Notes under the pieces: model-generated | The model's database searches: none | Seen by the model: only the letters and a program-made list of their open reading frames with translations | What the model was told of the DNA's origin: nothing | Translations under genes and position numbers: made by a program | Assembly (NCBI GenBank): GCA_043802485.1 | Contig: JAZDKZ010000006.1 | Location: forward strand, 135,497 to 199,496 | Direction of reading: 5' to 3' | Length of the DNA: 64,000 nt | Source: Candidatus Aenigmatarchaeota archaeon | GTDB taxonomy: Archaea; Aenigmatarchaeota; Aenigmatarchaeia; Aenigmatarchaeales; Aenigmatarchaeaceae | Part shown: in pieces, positions 40,540 to 49,731 of the stretch | Layout: each line of letters starts with the position of its first letter | Position numbering within the stretch: the first letter of the stretch is position 1

Positions 40540-40944
40540 ATGAAGGTCATCATGAGCATCGGCAACCCCATAAAGTCTGACGACAACATAGGCAACATTG
40601 TTCTTGAAAAAATCGAAACCGATGCTCTCAAAATAAGGGCAGAAACGTCTCCTGAGAACTTTATAGATAGGATGAAGGGTTGTGATGAGATAATAATTCT
40701 TGATGCCCTTCAGTTCGGGGGAGATGTGGGTGAGGTGAAAGTTTTCGAACTATATGACGTTGAGGACAGGTTGCTGTCAACGCACAGCATACCGATTGAA
40801 CTTTTGAAAAAGTTCTTTCCTAATTCTAAAATAAAGGTAATAGGGATTCAGCCAAAGAATCTTGACTTTGGAGAAGAAATAAGCAAAGGGCTTGAAGTTA
40901 AGATGGATGAAATCGTTAAAAAGGTCACTTTATTTTCAAAATAA
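40540..40944 (+). CDS. hycI: Hydrogenase maturation endopeptidase (HycI/HybD family)
   Basis: MKVIMSIGNPIKSDDNIGN...IILDAL...LSTHSIP matches the GNxxxxDDG / D / H metal-ligand pattern of the family. Confidence 0.7.
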   Translation: MKVIMSIGNPIKSDDNIGNIVLEKIETDALKIRAETSPENFIDRMKGCDEIIILDALQFGGDVGEVKVFELYDVEDRLLSTHSIPIELLKKFFPNSKIKVIGIQPKNLDFGEEISKGLEVKMDEIVKKVTLFSK

Positions 40945-41794
40945 AGAACGCGCCAATCAGAATCAAAATGGATCCTATAATTTGGAATTCTGATAAAATT
41001 TCTTCTAAAAATAAATAAGAGAAAAATAAAGAAATTGGTGGTGACAGTAAAAGCAAAGTAGAGGCCTTGGAAACGCTTATCATTTTTATCGAATAGTACC
41101 AGAAAAATACATAGAGGAACAGAAGAGATGTTGAAATTCCAATGTAAAAAATCTGTTCATACGTTAATAGCAACAACTGGTTGAAACTCCCTGTCAAAAC
41201 CACAATGGAAAAAAGAACAACCGACGCAAAAAACATTCTGCAAAAAGAAACAACAAAGTTTGACTCCTTTTTTATCATCGCGCTTTTTGATATTATGTTT
41301 TCAATCGCAAAAAGAACAGTTGCAGCAATAACTAAAATATCCCCGACAGCAATGTCAAAAGTTATTGCACTAGAAGATAATAGGTATGTTCCCAGAATCA
41401 TTACGAACATTGAATATATCTGTAGTCTTTTTAGTTTTTCCTTTAAAAAAGCAAAGGCAAGGACTGTGATGAACAAAGGCAGGAGCTTATGCAGAAAGGA
41501 TGCTCTTCCTGCGGTTGTTAAACTCAACCCGTTGAAGAATGCTAGAAATCCTAAACCAGCAACAAAGCCTATAGAAATCAGAGTTTTCCAAGAGACTGTG
41601 TTTAATTTCTTAAAGCTTAGTTTGTTTCTATAAAATGAAATAAAAAAGAACCCGATTCCCACAAAAAATGTCCTTAACGCAGTGAACAGTGTCGGATCCA
41701 ATGAAACAAGAAAGGATTTGTTAGCAACAAAAGCAATACCGCTAACTAAAGCAGTTATTATGGCAAACAATATTCCAAGCTTTTCCTTTTTCAT
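40925..41794 (-). CDS. EamA/DMT-superfamily transporter
   Basis: 289 aa, about 10 TM helices, with two EamA-like halves. Its start overlaps the stop of the upstream hydrogenase ferredoxin subunit (ATGA). Confidence 0.75.
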   Translation of the reverse strand: MKKEKLGILFAIITALVSGIAFVANKSFLVSLDPTLFTALRTFFVGIGFFFISFYRNKLSFKKLNTVSWKTLISIGFVAGLGFLAFFNGLSLTTAGRASFLHKLLPLFITVLAFAFLKEKLKRLQIYSMFVMILGTYLLSSSAITFDIAVGDILVIAATVLFAIENIISKSAMIKKESNFVVSFCRMFFASVVLFSIVVLTGSFNQLLLLTYEQIFYIGISTSLLFLYVFFWYYSIKMISVSKASTLLLLSPPISLFFSYLFLEEILSEFQIIGSILILIGAFFILKIK

Positions 41795-42123
41795 TTTACC
41801 AGGTTTTTAAGTTTTTTCTTGTTTTGATCAGAAAACTCGAAATCGTTGCCGATTTCTATCGACTTGGGATTGGTCGGGCAGACGTCCTGGCACATGCCGC
41901 ACACGACGCATATCCCAAGGTCAAAGTCTATCTTGCCCTTCTTGTAGAATTTCACAGCGCCCACAGGGCAGTACCTTTCGCACATCCTGCATCCAATGCA
42001 CCTTTCCGAGTAATAATTGATCCTGCCCCTGAACCTCTTGAAAGGCTTCAGCTTTTCCTTAGGATACCTTCTTGTAAAAGGCCTCTTGAACAAGCTAAGC
42101 AGAGCCTCCTTTATGATGCTCAT
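41791..42123 (-). CDS. Group 4 [NiFe]-hydrogenase 2x[4Fe-4S] subunit (MbhN/EchF/NuoI-like)
   Basis: 110 aa with CIGCRMCERYCP and CVVCGMCQDVCP. Confidence 0.8.
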   Translation of the reverse strand: MSIIKEALLSLFKRPFTRRYPKEKLKPFKRFRGRINYYSERCIGCRMCERYCPVGAVKFYKKGKIDFDLGICVVCGMCQDVCPTNPKSIEIGNDFEFSDQNKKKLKNLVK

Positions 42124-42968
42124 AGCACGCCCCTCATTATCAGTATGAAATCAACAAGCACGAAGAACATCACAAAAAAGTAGAAGCGGAAAGCCTGGTC
42201 TACCCTGAACCTAGAAGTTGTCGCCTGGGCCAGACCATACATGAAAAGGAAGAGAACGCTCATCGGCAGCAATATCATTATGTCCCTTCCGAAGAACAGC
42301 AGCGGCAGGAGGAAAACAAAAAACAGCCTCTTTACGGACATCGCCAAATTCATCAAAGCAAGGTTCTTCCCGCTGTACTCTGTCCTGCTCCCTCCCATTA
42401 TCTCTGTCGGAGCCTCTGTTGTATCGAATGGGGTAACATGAACTTCTAACAATGATATCAGCACCAAGCAAACAGAGGTTATGGGAAGAGCCAACAACAT
42501 CAAATTAGGCTGCAAGGCTATGAAAGAAATCACATTCGCATGCAGCATGAAGTTGAATATGGCTATGACAAGGGTTATCTCGTATACAATCATCAATATC
42601 ATCTCTCTCATAGAACCGATTATTGAAAAGGGATTGTCTGATGAAAGTCCTGCCAAAACATAGAACGAACTGGCCAGTATCGTCAAGTAGAGTAAAAGGA
42701 CGAAATCATAAGAGAAGCTTATTATTGAAAAAGGTATGAAGAGGAACAGGGCGTAGACTGACAGGAAATAGAGCAGAGGCGCATGCTTGTAGAACGGGTC
42801 GTTCTGCGTTTCCAGCGGCTTCTTGTCAAGCAGCTTCAGCAAGTCATAGAAGGGCTGGAGAACCGGCGGACCGATCCTGTTCTGGAACCTTGCGTTCAAC
42901 TTTCTCAATAAACCCTCGTACAACAACGCGATAAACGGAACAAGTAAAAAGAAAACTATCTCGTACAT
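42120..42968 (-). CDS. Group 4 hydrogenase membrane subunit (MbhM/EchB/NuoH-like)
   Basis: 282 aa, polytopic. The N-terminal RKLNARFQNRIGP is the NuoH/HycD hallmark. Confidence 0.8.
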   Translation of the reverse strand: MYEIVFFLLVPFIALLYEGLLRKLNARFQNRIGPPVLQPFYDLLKLLDKKPLETQNDPFYKHAPLLYFLSVYALFLFIPFSIISFSYDFVLLLYLTILASSFYVLAGLSSDNPFSIIGSMREMILMIVYEITLVIAIFNFMLHANVISFIALQPNLMLLALPITSVCLVLISLLEVHVTPFDTTEAPTEIMGGSRTEYSGKNLALMNLAMSVKRLFFVFLLPLLFFGRDIMILLPMSVLFLFMYGLAQATTSRFRVDQAFRFYFFVMFFVLVDFILIMRGVL

Positions 42969-44134
42969 GCATACTTCCTCCTGAACTCTGACTCACAATT
43001 CGATTCAACCTTGCCGTCCTTTGCCACAAGGACCCTTTCAAGGCAACTGAAGCAAGGATCGAGCGAGCCTATTATGACAGGTATGTCCCCTATCTCCCTT
43101 TCCAAAAGTATCTTCTCTGCAATCTTCAGATATGCGAAAGTGGGCGTTCTCATCTTGACCCTTTCTATCTTGCCGTCATTGAACTTCATGTAGTAGAACA
43201 GTTCTCCCCTCGGAGCCTCGACTCTTCCAGTGCCCTCACCGTCAGGCACGTTAGTGATCAAGAACTTTGGTATCTGCTTGCTCGGCAGCATGTCAAGTAT
43301 CTGTCTTATTATCTTGTTGGACTCCAGAACTTCGGCTATCCTGACATAGGTCCTGTCAAAGGAGTCGCCATTGCTTGCAAGCACCTCTTTGAACTCGAAC
43401 TTTTTGTATATGCCGTAAGGCGGGTCAAACTTTCTTATGTCGCACGAAACGCCGCTAGCCCTTGCGTTCGGACCGATAAGACAGTACCTCTTGGCATCCT
43501 TTTTGGTTATTATTCCGACATCCTTTAGCCTAGCCTTTATGACCTTGTCAGTCTTTATTTCCTTCAGGTAGTCCTGAATCCTCCTGTCAACGCTTTCTAT
43601 TCTTTCAAGAATGAACTTCTTGCTGCCGTCCTCCAAGTCGTAGCGGACAGTCTTTATCTTGTTAAAGTTGTGGTGGACCCTTCCGCCCGTCAGCTTCTCG
43701 AAGATGTCAATTATCTTCTCCCTCTCCCTCCAGAAATACATGAACATGGTCTCGTAGCCTATCTCGTGGGCAATGACGCCCAACCAGAGAATGTGGCTAT
43801 GCAGCCTTTCCAGCTCCATCATCAACGCCCTTATCAGTTTCACCTTTTCCTCTGGCTCATACTTGAGTATCCCTTCGACCGTTCTGCAATAAGCATTTTC
43901 ATGGGCAGCAGAGCATATGCCGCAGATTCTCTGAGAAGTGTAGAGTGCAGAATCAGGGTTCTTGCCTTCCATAACCTTCTCTATGCCTTTGTGTGTGTAA
44001 CCCATCCTTATGTTTACGTCCTTGATTATGTTGCCGTCTAGGCTAATCCTCAGGCACATTGGCTCTTTCAATGTAGGGTGCTGCGGACCTATGGGCAATG
44101 TATAGTCATGTGTTATCTCATGCATTCTTATCAT
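42956..44134 (-). CDS. Group 4 [NiFe]-hydrogenase large subunit (MbhL/EchE/NuoD-like)
   Basis: 392 aa. The N-terminal Ni-Fe ligand motif is RICGICSAAH and the C-terminal one is DPCFSCLER. A ~25-aa C-terminal extension follows. Confidence 0.9.
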   Translation of the reverse strand: MIRMHEITHDYTLPIGPQHPTLKEPMCLRISLDGNIIKDVNIRMGYTHKGIEKVMEGKNPDSALYTSQRICGICSAAHENAYCRTVEGILKYEPEEKVKLIRALMMELERLHSHILWLGVIAHEIGYETMFMYFWREREKIIDIFEKLTGGRVHHNFNKIKTVRYDLEDGSKKFILERIESVDRRIQDYLKEIKTDKVIKARLKDVGIITKKDAKRYCLIGPNARASGVSCDIRKFDPPYGIYKKFEFKEVLASNGDSFDRTYVRIAEVLESNKIIRQILDMLPSKQIPKFLITNVPDGEGTGRVEAPRGELFYYMKFNDGKIERVKMRTPTFAYLKIAEKILLEREIGDIPVIIGSLDPCFSCLERVLVAKDGKVESNCESEFRRKYACTR

Positions 44135-44435
44135 CCTTAAGCATTGGCGGCTTTCCCTTCCAGTTGTCTGGCAGGAACAGTTTTAGATGAAGGTTGAGAT
44201 TGCCCACAAATTCCACCCCGAAAAAATCATGTATCTCTCTCTCATAGTAATCAGCGCTGGGATATTCCTCGGTTATGCTCTCGACCTTTGTGTCATCCTT
44301 TGGAACCTTGAACGTTAGAGTTTCGACCTTACCTTTGCTGTCAAAATAATAGTTCAAGAGGAAGTCGCCTTCCTGCCTGCATACTATCGCAACCAGCCTA
44401 AGGCCTTTTTTTAGTTTTTCTCTTACCTTTATCAT
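44118..44435 (-). CDS. NuoC/MbhK-like hydrogenase subunit (short)
   Basis: 105 aa. ...YPSADYYEREIHDFFGVEF resembles the conserved NuoC core (W.ERE..D.FG). Confidence 0.65.
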   Translation of the reverse strand: MIKVREKLKKGLRLVAIVCRQEGDFLLNYYFDSKGKVETLTFKVPKDDTKVESITEEYPSADYYEREIHDFFGVEFVGNLNLHLKLFLPDNWKGKPPMLKDDKNA

Positions 44436-44835
44436 CCTTCACACCCAGCAGTTTTATTATCCCGTCTATTATCGCTTCAGGCCTCGGGGGGCAGCCTGGT
44501 ATGTACATGTCAACAGGTATCACCTTGTCAACCGGCCCTGCGAAATTGTAGCACTCCTTGAAAGGGCCTCCGGTTATGGCGCAAGAGCCTATGGCGATGA
44601 CCTTCTTGTCCCCAGCCATCTGATCATATATTGTTTTCAGTCTTTCCTTGCTCTGGTTGTTCACTATGCCGCTTACCAGCAAAATATCAGCATGCCTTGC
44701 GCTCTCCTTGAGCTGGCAGCCGAACCTCTCGATGTCGTACCTGGGAGTTATGAGAGCGAATATCTCCAGTGTGCAACCGTTGCAACCTCCTGCGTCAAAG
44801 TTGCTCACCCATGGAGACTTTATTATCCTCTTCAT
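44398..44835 (-). CDS. Group 4 hydrogenase small subunit (MbhJ/EchC/NuoB-like)
   Basis: 145 aa. GGCNGCTLE, GSCAITGG and PGCPPRPE provide the ligands of the proximal [4Fe-4S] cluster. Confidence 0.85.
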   Translation of the reverse strand: MKRIIKSPWVSNFDAGGCNGCTLEIFALITPRYDIERFGCQLKESARHADILLVSGIVNNQSKERLKTIYDQMAGDKKVIAIGSCAITGGPFKECYNFAGPVDKVIPVDMYIPGCPPRPEAIIDGIIKLLGVKDDKGKRKTKKRP

Positions 44836-44993
44836 ATGGCAACACCTGCTATAAGCAGCATTATCAATAATACAATGAAGACTAGAAATATTCTCTTCTT
44901 GTCAAAGAACTTGCCAAGGTCCTTTGGCACTATTATCTTCGCAGGGTCCCTTTCCCCTCCCATGTAGATGTCGATCTTGTTTTTCTTCTTCAT
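44832..44993 (-). CDS. 53-aa single-TM protein in the MbhI position of the hydrogenase operon
   Basis: MKKKNKIDIYMGGERDPAKIIVPKDLGKFFDKKRIFLVFIVLLIMLLIAGVAI. ATGA overlaps with both flanking genes indicate translational coupling. It is below the track cut-off. Confidence 0.5.
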   Translation of the reverse strand: MKKKNKIDIYMGGERDPAKIIVPKDLGKFFDKKRIFLVFIVLLIMLLIAGVAI

Positions 44994-45874
44994 GCCATCA
45001 CCAGGTTAAGCAGCTCCACCTGCAGGTGGGGCAGTATCCCTAAAATAATACATGTGATCGCCAAAAGGCCGTTCACAACGGTTATCGGCTCCGGTATCCT
45101 CTTCTGCCTGCCCTCGCCCACCAGTAGGACGTAGACAATCTTGTAGTACATTATGAAAAGCAGAAGGGCGATGAAGATGCCCATGACAGTTATTATGGGC
45201 GTCAGAACAAAGCTGCCCACGAACAGGAACCATTCTGAAACAAACATATTGAAAGCTGGAAGGCCTGCAAGGGACAGGCAGGCTATCGTTGCAAAGATGT
45301 CGTTCGACCTGCTCTGGAAGTACGAGCCCTCCAGCTCGTGGATAAAGGTCTTCTTCCTACCGAATATCCAGAGGGTCAGGAAAAACAAAAGACCTGTGAA
45401 AGTGTAGTTGAATATCTGTATAACGCTCAGTATGCCTGCCTTGCCAAGCAGCATTGTCACAGACAGATCAAGGACAACGAACAGCACCTGTATGGTGTTG
45501 GAAATTATGAGATATTTTTTCAGCTTGTTCTCGAATATGCCGAATATGGAAAGCAGGGACATGAATACTAGACACGACAGGGCTATCATGTAAAAGGGGA
45601 AGGCTATCCCGGTCTGGAAAAGGTTCAGGAAAAACCACGACATAAGCACGGCTGAAAACATGTTGAGCGTGGCGAACTCGCCAAAGTCATAGTGCTTGTA
45701 GAAAAGGAACAACAAAAGCACGAACGCGGAAATGTACCAGTAGAAGAGCGAAGTTATTGAGAATATCATCAGCGAAATTATCAGAATAAAGTTCTTCTTC
45801 TCATAGAAGAACGAATGCACGGCGAACGAGAGCCCTAGTATGGATATAAGAGCAGCGAAAAAAACCTGCAGCAT
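44990..45874 (-). CDS. Truncated Mrp/NuoL-like antiporter-type membrane subunit (MbhH position)
   Basis: 294 aa, polytopic. LKKYLIISNTIQV and LAGLPAFNMFVSEWFLF resemble the conserved central helices of the NuoL/M/N family. It is roughly half the usual length. Confidence 0.5.
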   Translation of the reverse strand: MLQVFFAALISILGLSFAVHSFFYEKKNFILIISLMIFSITSLFYWYISAFVLLLFLFYKHYDFGEFATLNMFSAVLMSWFFLNLFQTGIAFPFYMIALSCLVFMSLLSIFGIFENKLKKYLIISNTIQVLFVVLDLSVTMLLGKAGILSVIQIFNYTFTGLLFFLTLWIFGRKKTFIHELEGSYFQSRSNDIFATIACLSLAGLPAFNMFVSEWFLFVGSFVLTPIITVMGIFIALLLFIMYYKIVYVLLVGEGRQKRIPEPITVVNGLLAITCIILGILPHLQVELLNLVMA

Positions 45875-45939
45875 AAACTTATTTTGCTAGGGCCGCCTCT
45901 TATTATTAACTATCTTGCCAAAACAACACACTGTTTTGC

Positions 45940-48654
45940 TCAGATCCTATTTTTTATAAACTTGTACATCTCCCCGGACCAGAAAACCATGGACGAGAAA
46001 AGCACTATTGTCAATAGCTCCTTATAGCTCAGGGAGACGAACTGGAATATGCTCTGGAAAAACGGCGTGTATATCACCATAATCAAAAGAGCGACCGAGA
46101 CTAAAAGTGATAAGACAACATACCTGTTGCTAAAGAACCCTATCTTGAAGACGGATTTCTTGAGAGACCGCATGTTAAGCACATTGAAAAGCTGGGTGAA
46201 TACCATGACAGCAAAGGCTCCTGTTCGCGCCTTTTCCAGTCCTTGCGGCAGATATATGTTAAAAATAGACAAGGTGAAAACGACCATAATGCTTGTCATC
46301 AAAAGCAGAAACGGTATTATCTCCTTTGATAAAATACCTTCTTTTGCTTTTCGTGGCGCTTCTTCTAAAACATCTCCGTGTCCTGGTTCAAAAGCTAAAG
46401 CAGAAGCATTAGTGCCATCTGTAACCAAGTTAAGCCACAGTATCTGAGCAGGCAACAAAGGCAAAGGCAGACCAAGAAGCAATGTGCTTATAATAGTTAT
46501 AGATTCTGCAAAATTGGTAGTGACAAGAAAAGCGCTTGTTTGGCGAGTATTTTTAAAAACAATCCTTCCTTCTTCTATTGCATTAACAATAGAAGCAAAA
46601 TTATCATCAACAAGCACGATCTCGCTAGACTCCCTGGACACGTCTGTGCCAACTATCCCCATAGCAATGCCCACGTCAGCCTTCTTCAGCGCCGGAGCGT
46701 CGTTCACCCCGTCGCCAGTCATTGCAACAACATGACCTTGCTTCTGCAGAGTCTCGGCAATCCTCAACTTCATGTCTGGCGTCAGGCGGGCAAAAACAGA
46801 AACGTTTTTCACAGCGTCGTCAAATTCCTTTTCTGACATGTCTGACAGTTCCTGGCCTGTGAGGGCTTCCGGATGTCTGCTCTTTGTTTCTTTGTCAATA
46901 AGACCGACCTCTTTGGCAATCGCAACAGCAGTTCCCTTGTGATCTCCTGTTGTCATTACAACACGGATGCCGGCCTTCCTGGCTTTGACAATAGCTTCTC
47001 TTACTTCTGGTCTTGTGGGGTCTTTCATTCCAACCATACCAACGAAAACAAGCTTATTAACTAAGGTCTCTGACAAGCCGTTCATATGGGACGGCACCTC
47101 CCTGTAAGCCAAGGCAAGGACCCTCATTGACTGGTTTGTCAGACGCTCCATCTGGGACGAGATGTCTTTACGATGCTTTTGTGTTATCTTCTTGCACTTG
47201 CTGTTTTCAAGGATGCAGGTAGAATTGTTAAGAATGGCTTCAGGCGCGCCGACAACATATATCTCCTTTCTTTTGGATTTCTCCGGGAAAATCAGGAGGG
47301 ACGCCTCACACCTCATGTCCTGGTTAAAGGGCAGCTCGTCTATCTCCTTGACATTCTCCAATATCTTTTCCTTTGTCAAACCTGCCTTTTCTGCCAAGAC
47401 AGTAAGGGCAGCCTCTGTAGGGTCGCCGACAACCTCATACCTGTCGCCCTCTTTCAAAAGCTCGGCATCGCTGGATACAGCAGCAATCTCGAGCAGCTTT
47501 GTCAGGGAGGGATTGCTTGAGGGATGGATGATTTTCTCTTCCTGATAGAAGCTTCCAGACGGCACCCAGCCCTTTCCAGATACTGTAATCTCGGCATCAC
47601 CTGGCAGAATAACCTTCTCCACATTCATCGTGTTCTCGGTGAGCGTCCCTGTCTTGTCTGTCATGATGACTGTCACCACGCCCAGCGTCTCTGTCGACGG
47701 CAGGGTCCTGATGATGGCGTTCCTCTTCGCCATCCTGTGCGCACCAATGGAAAGCACGATTATCAGCACTGCAGGCAATCCTTCAGGAATGCCTGAAACA
47801 AGCGAAGCCAAAGTAAATAGAAATATCTCCATGAACTCAAAGCCCCTGACAAAGAAGCCGACAAAGAATGTTATCGATGCACCGGCAGCTGCTATGATGC
47901 CCATCTGCTTTGCCAGCTTGTCGGTCTTTTCCTTGAAATGCCCCTTTACCCGTTTTATCTTTTCAATGTCCTGGGCTATCTTGCCGAACGCCGTGCTGAT
48001 GCCTGTTGCAGTGACAACCGCCTTGGCTTGCCCCCTTGCCACGAAAGTGCCCATCCAGACCATGTTCTTGCGGTCGGCCAAGGCAGTCCTTTCGGGTAGA
48101 GCTTTGATGTCCTTTTCAACTGGCAGCGACTCTCCTGTCAGGGAAGCCTCCACTGTACTGAAAATTTTTTCTTCCACAAGCCTTGCGTCCGCAGGGACCT
48201 TGTCGCCCTCCTCCAACAGGATAATGTCGCCGGGCACCAGCTCCCTTGCGGCTATTTGCAGCAATTCTCCCCCTCTGTAGACCTTTGCGTGAGGCACAAT
48301 CATCTTTTTCAATGCCTGGATTGATTGGTCAGCCCTGTACTCTTGCACAAATCCCACCACAGCGTTAATCAGGATAACGCCAGTGATTATGTAGACGTCG
48401 ATTATGCTGTCTGAAAGAAAAGAGATGCCAGCAGCAATGATGAGAATGTAAATCAGAATACTATTGAACTGCTTGAGAAAAGTCAGAACAGGATTCCTTG
48501 CCTTTTTTTCAGGTATTTCATTGGCGCCGAATTTTCCTAGGCGGCTCTTTGCCTCTTTCCCCGAAAGCCCGTTTATGTTGGAAGACAGTCTCTCCATTGT
48601 TCTCTCAACAGTCTGCGAATGGGGCAGATTGCTGTTGTATTTTTTCTTTTTCAT
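45940..48654 (-). CDS. P2-type cation-transporting ATPase (Ca2+-ATPase-like)
   Basis: 904 aa with DKTGTLT, IPEGLPAV, TGD and VAMTGDGVNDAPALKKADVGIAMG. Confidence 0.9.
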   Translation of the reverse strand: MKKKKYNSNLPHSQTVERTMERLSSNINGLSGKEAKSRLGKFGANEIPEKKARNPVLTFLKQFNSILIYILIIAAGISFLSDSIIDVYIITGVILINAVVGFVQEYRADQSIQALKKMIVPHAKVYRGGELLQIAARELVPGDIILLEEGDKVPADARLVEEKIFSTVEASLTGESLPVEKDIKALPERTALADRKNMVWMGTFVARGQAKAVVTATGISTAFGKIAQDIEKIKRVKGHFKEKTDKLAKQMGIIAAAGASITFFVGFFVRGFEFMEIFLFTLASLVSGIPEGLPAVLIIVLSIGAHRMAKRNAIIRTLPSTETLGVVTVIMTDKTGTLTENTMNVEKVILPGDAEITVSGKGWVPSGSFYQEEKIIHPSSNPSLTKLLEIAAVSSDAELLKEGDRYEVVGDPTEAALTVLAEKAGLTKEKILENVKEIDELPFNQDMRCEASLLIFPEKSKRKEIYVVGAPEAILNNSTCILENSKCKKITQKHRKDISSQMERLTNQSMRVLALAYREVPSHMNGLSETLVNKLVFVGMVGMKDPTRPEVREAIVKARKAGIRVVMTTGDHKGTAVAIAKEVGLIDKETKSRHPEALTGQELSDMSEKEFDDAVKNVSVFARLTPDMKLRIAETLQKQGHVVAMTGDGVNDAPALKKADVGIAMGIVGTDVSRESSEIVLVDDNFASIVNAIEEGRIVFKNTRQTSAFLVTTNFAESITIISTLLLGLPLPLLPAQILWLNLVTDGTNASALAFEPGHGDVLEEAPRKAKEGILSKEIIPFLLLMTSIMVVFTLSIFNIYLPQGLEKARTGAFAVMVFTQLFNVLNMRSLKKSVFKIGFFSNRYVVLSLLVSVALLIMVIYTPFFQSIFQFVSLSYKELLTIVLFSSMVFWSGEMYKFIKNRI
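46658..46734 (-). repeat. 77-nt segment nearly identical (75/77) to 51571-51647 in inverted orientation
   Basis: Base-by-base comparison of the GDGVNDAPALKKADVGIAMG coding stretch of the two ATPase paralogs. Confidence 0.85.
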
Positions 48655-48705
48655 TTGTTATTAATAGACAATGCCCCATAAAATAGCTTTGCTTCCAGGC
48701 GACAG

Positions 48706-49653
48706 CTAAGCAACATGTCTCATCAAAATGCTGGCTACCACGAACAGAACATAGAGCAATATGAGCACAGAGCCCTCCCTTCTTGTCATGACCTTCCCTG
48801 TCTCTGCAAACACCAAGAATGTCACAAGGGAGACCACTATGAAGACAGAGCTGATGGCAAAGGAGGTGAAAGGTGCTTGAATCGGGCTTATGATAGAGAC
48901 CAAGCCGAGCACAAGAGTGGAATTGAACGCCAAGCTTCCAAGAAGATCACCAAGGGCAACGCTGCTGTGACCACGCATCACGCAGCCCAGCTCAAAAGAG
49001 AGCTCAGGAAGGGAAGTTCCCGGAGAAACTATCAGCAGGCCTATGAGAACAAGGGGAAACGCCAATATTGTCGCTATTTCCGTTGCCACATGAACAACCA
49101 CCCTGGCAGAGACCACCAGTAATATCAGGCTTAATACGAATATTGCCAAGTTGCGGTAAAGCCTTATCTTGACAAAGCTCTTTTTCTTGGCAGTCTTGAA
49201 CTTCTTTCTCACCGTGAACAGCCTTACCACATAGAGGGCAAAAGCCGCAACCAAGATGATGCCGTCTGTCCTTGACAGCTCTTGGTCCAAAAACAGGATC
49301 AGGGGCAGGACAACAAGAAAGGCGATGATGAACAAAGTGCTTTTCTCCAGCTGGGATTCGAACTTTATTTTTTTACCGACAAACGCGACAAGCCCCATCA
49401 CTAGGGCAATGTCTACAACAGCAGCGCCGAGAACATTGCCGAAAGAGAGCGACGAAATGCCGCCCAACGCGGACAGAATGCCCACAGAAATCTCTGGCAA
49501 TGACGTGAGTATTCCTATCAGGAGAAAGCCTACCAGGAACTCCCTCAGATGATAGTACTGCTCAACCTTTATTATGCTCTTCACAACAAAGTGGCTGCTC
49601 ATAATCAAGCCAGTGCAGCCTGCAATAAAAATAAGGAAATCAATAAACAGCAT
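48706..49653 (-). CDS. CaCA-family sodium/calcium exchanger (YrbG-like)
   Basis: 315 aa. The two alpha-repeats are GNVLGAAVVDIALVMG and GDLLGSLAFNSTLVLG. Confidence 0.85.
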   Translation of the reverse strand: MLFIDFLIFIAGCTGLIMSSHFVVKSIIKVEQYYHLREFLVGFLLIGILTSLPEISVGILSALGGISSLSFGNVLGAAVVDIALVMGLVAFVGKKIKFESQLEKSTLFIIAFLVVLPLILFLDQELSRTDGIILVAAFALYVVRLFTVRKKFKTAKKKSFVKIRLYRNLAIFVLSLILLVVSARVVVHVATEIATILAFPLVLIGLLIVSPGTSLPELSFELGCVMRGHSSVALGDLLGSLAFNSTLVLGLVSIISPIQAPFTSFAISSVFIVVSLVTFLVFAETGKVMTRREGSVLILLYVLFVVASILMRHVA

Positions 49654-49731
49654 GAGAATAACTTATGAAAACCCAATTATAAAGTTTATTCGCATGGTTA
49701 AACTTTAAGTCCAGAAAATCAACAAAATAGT

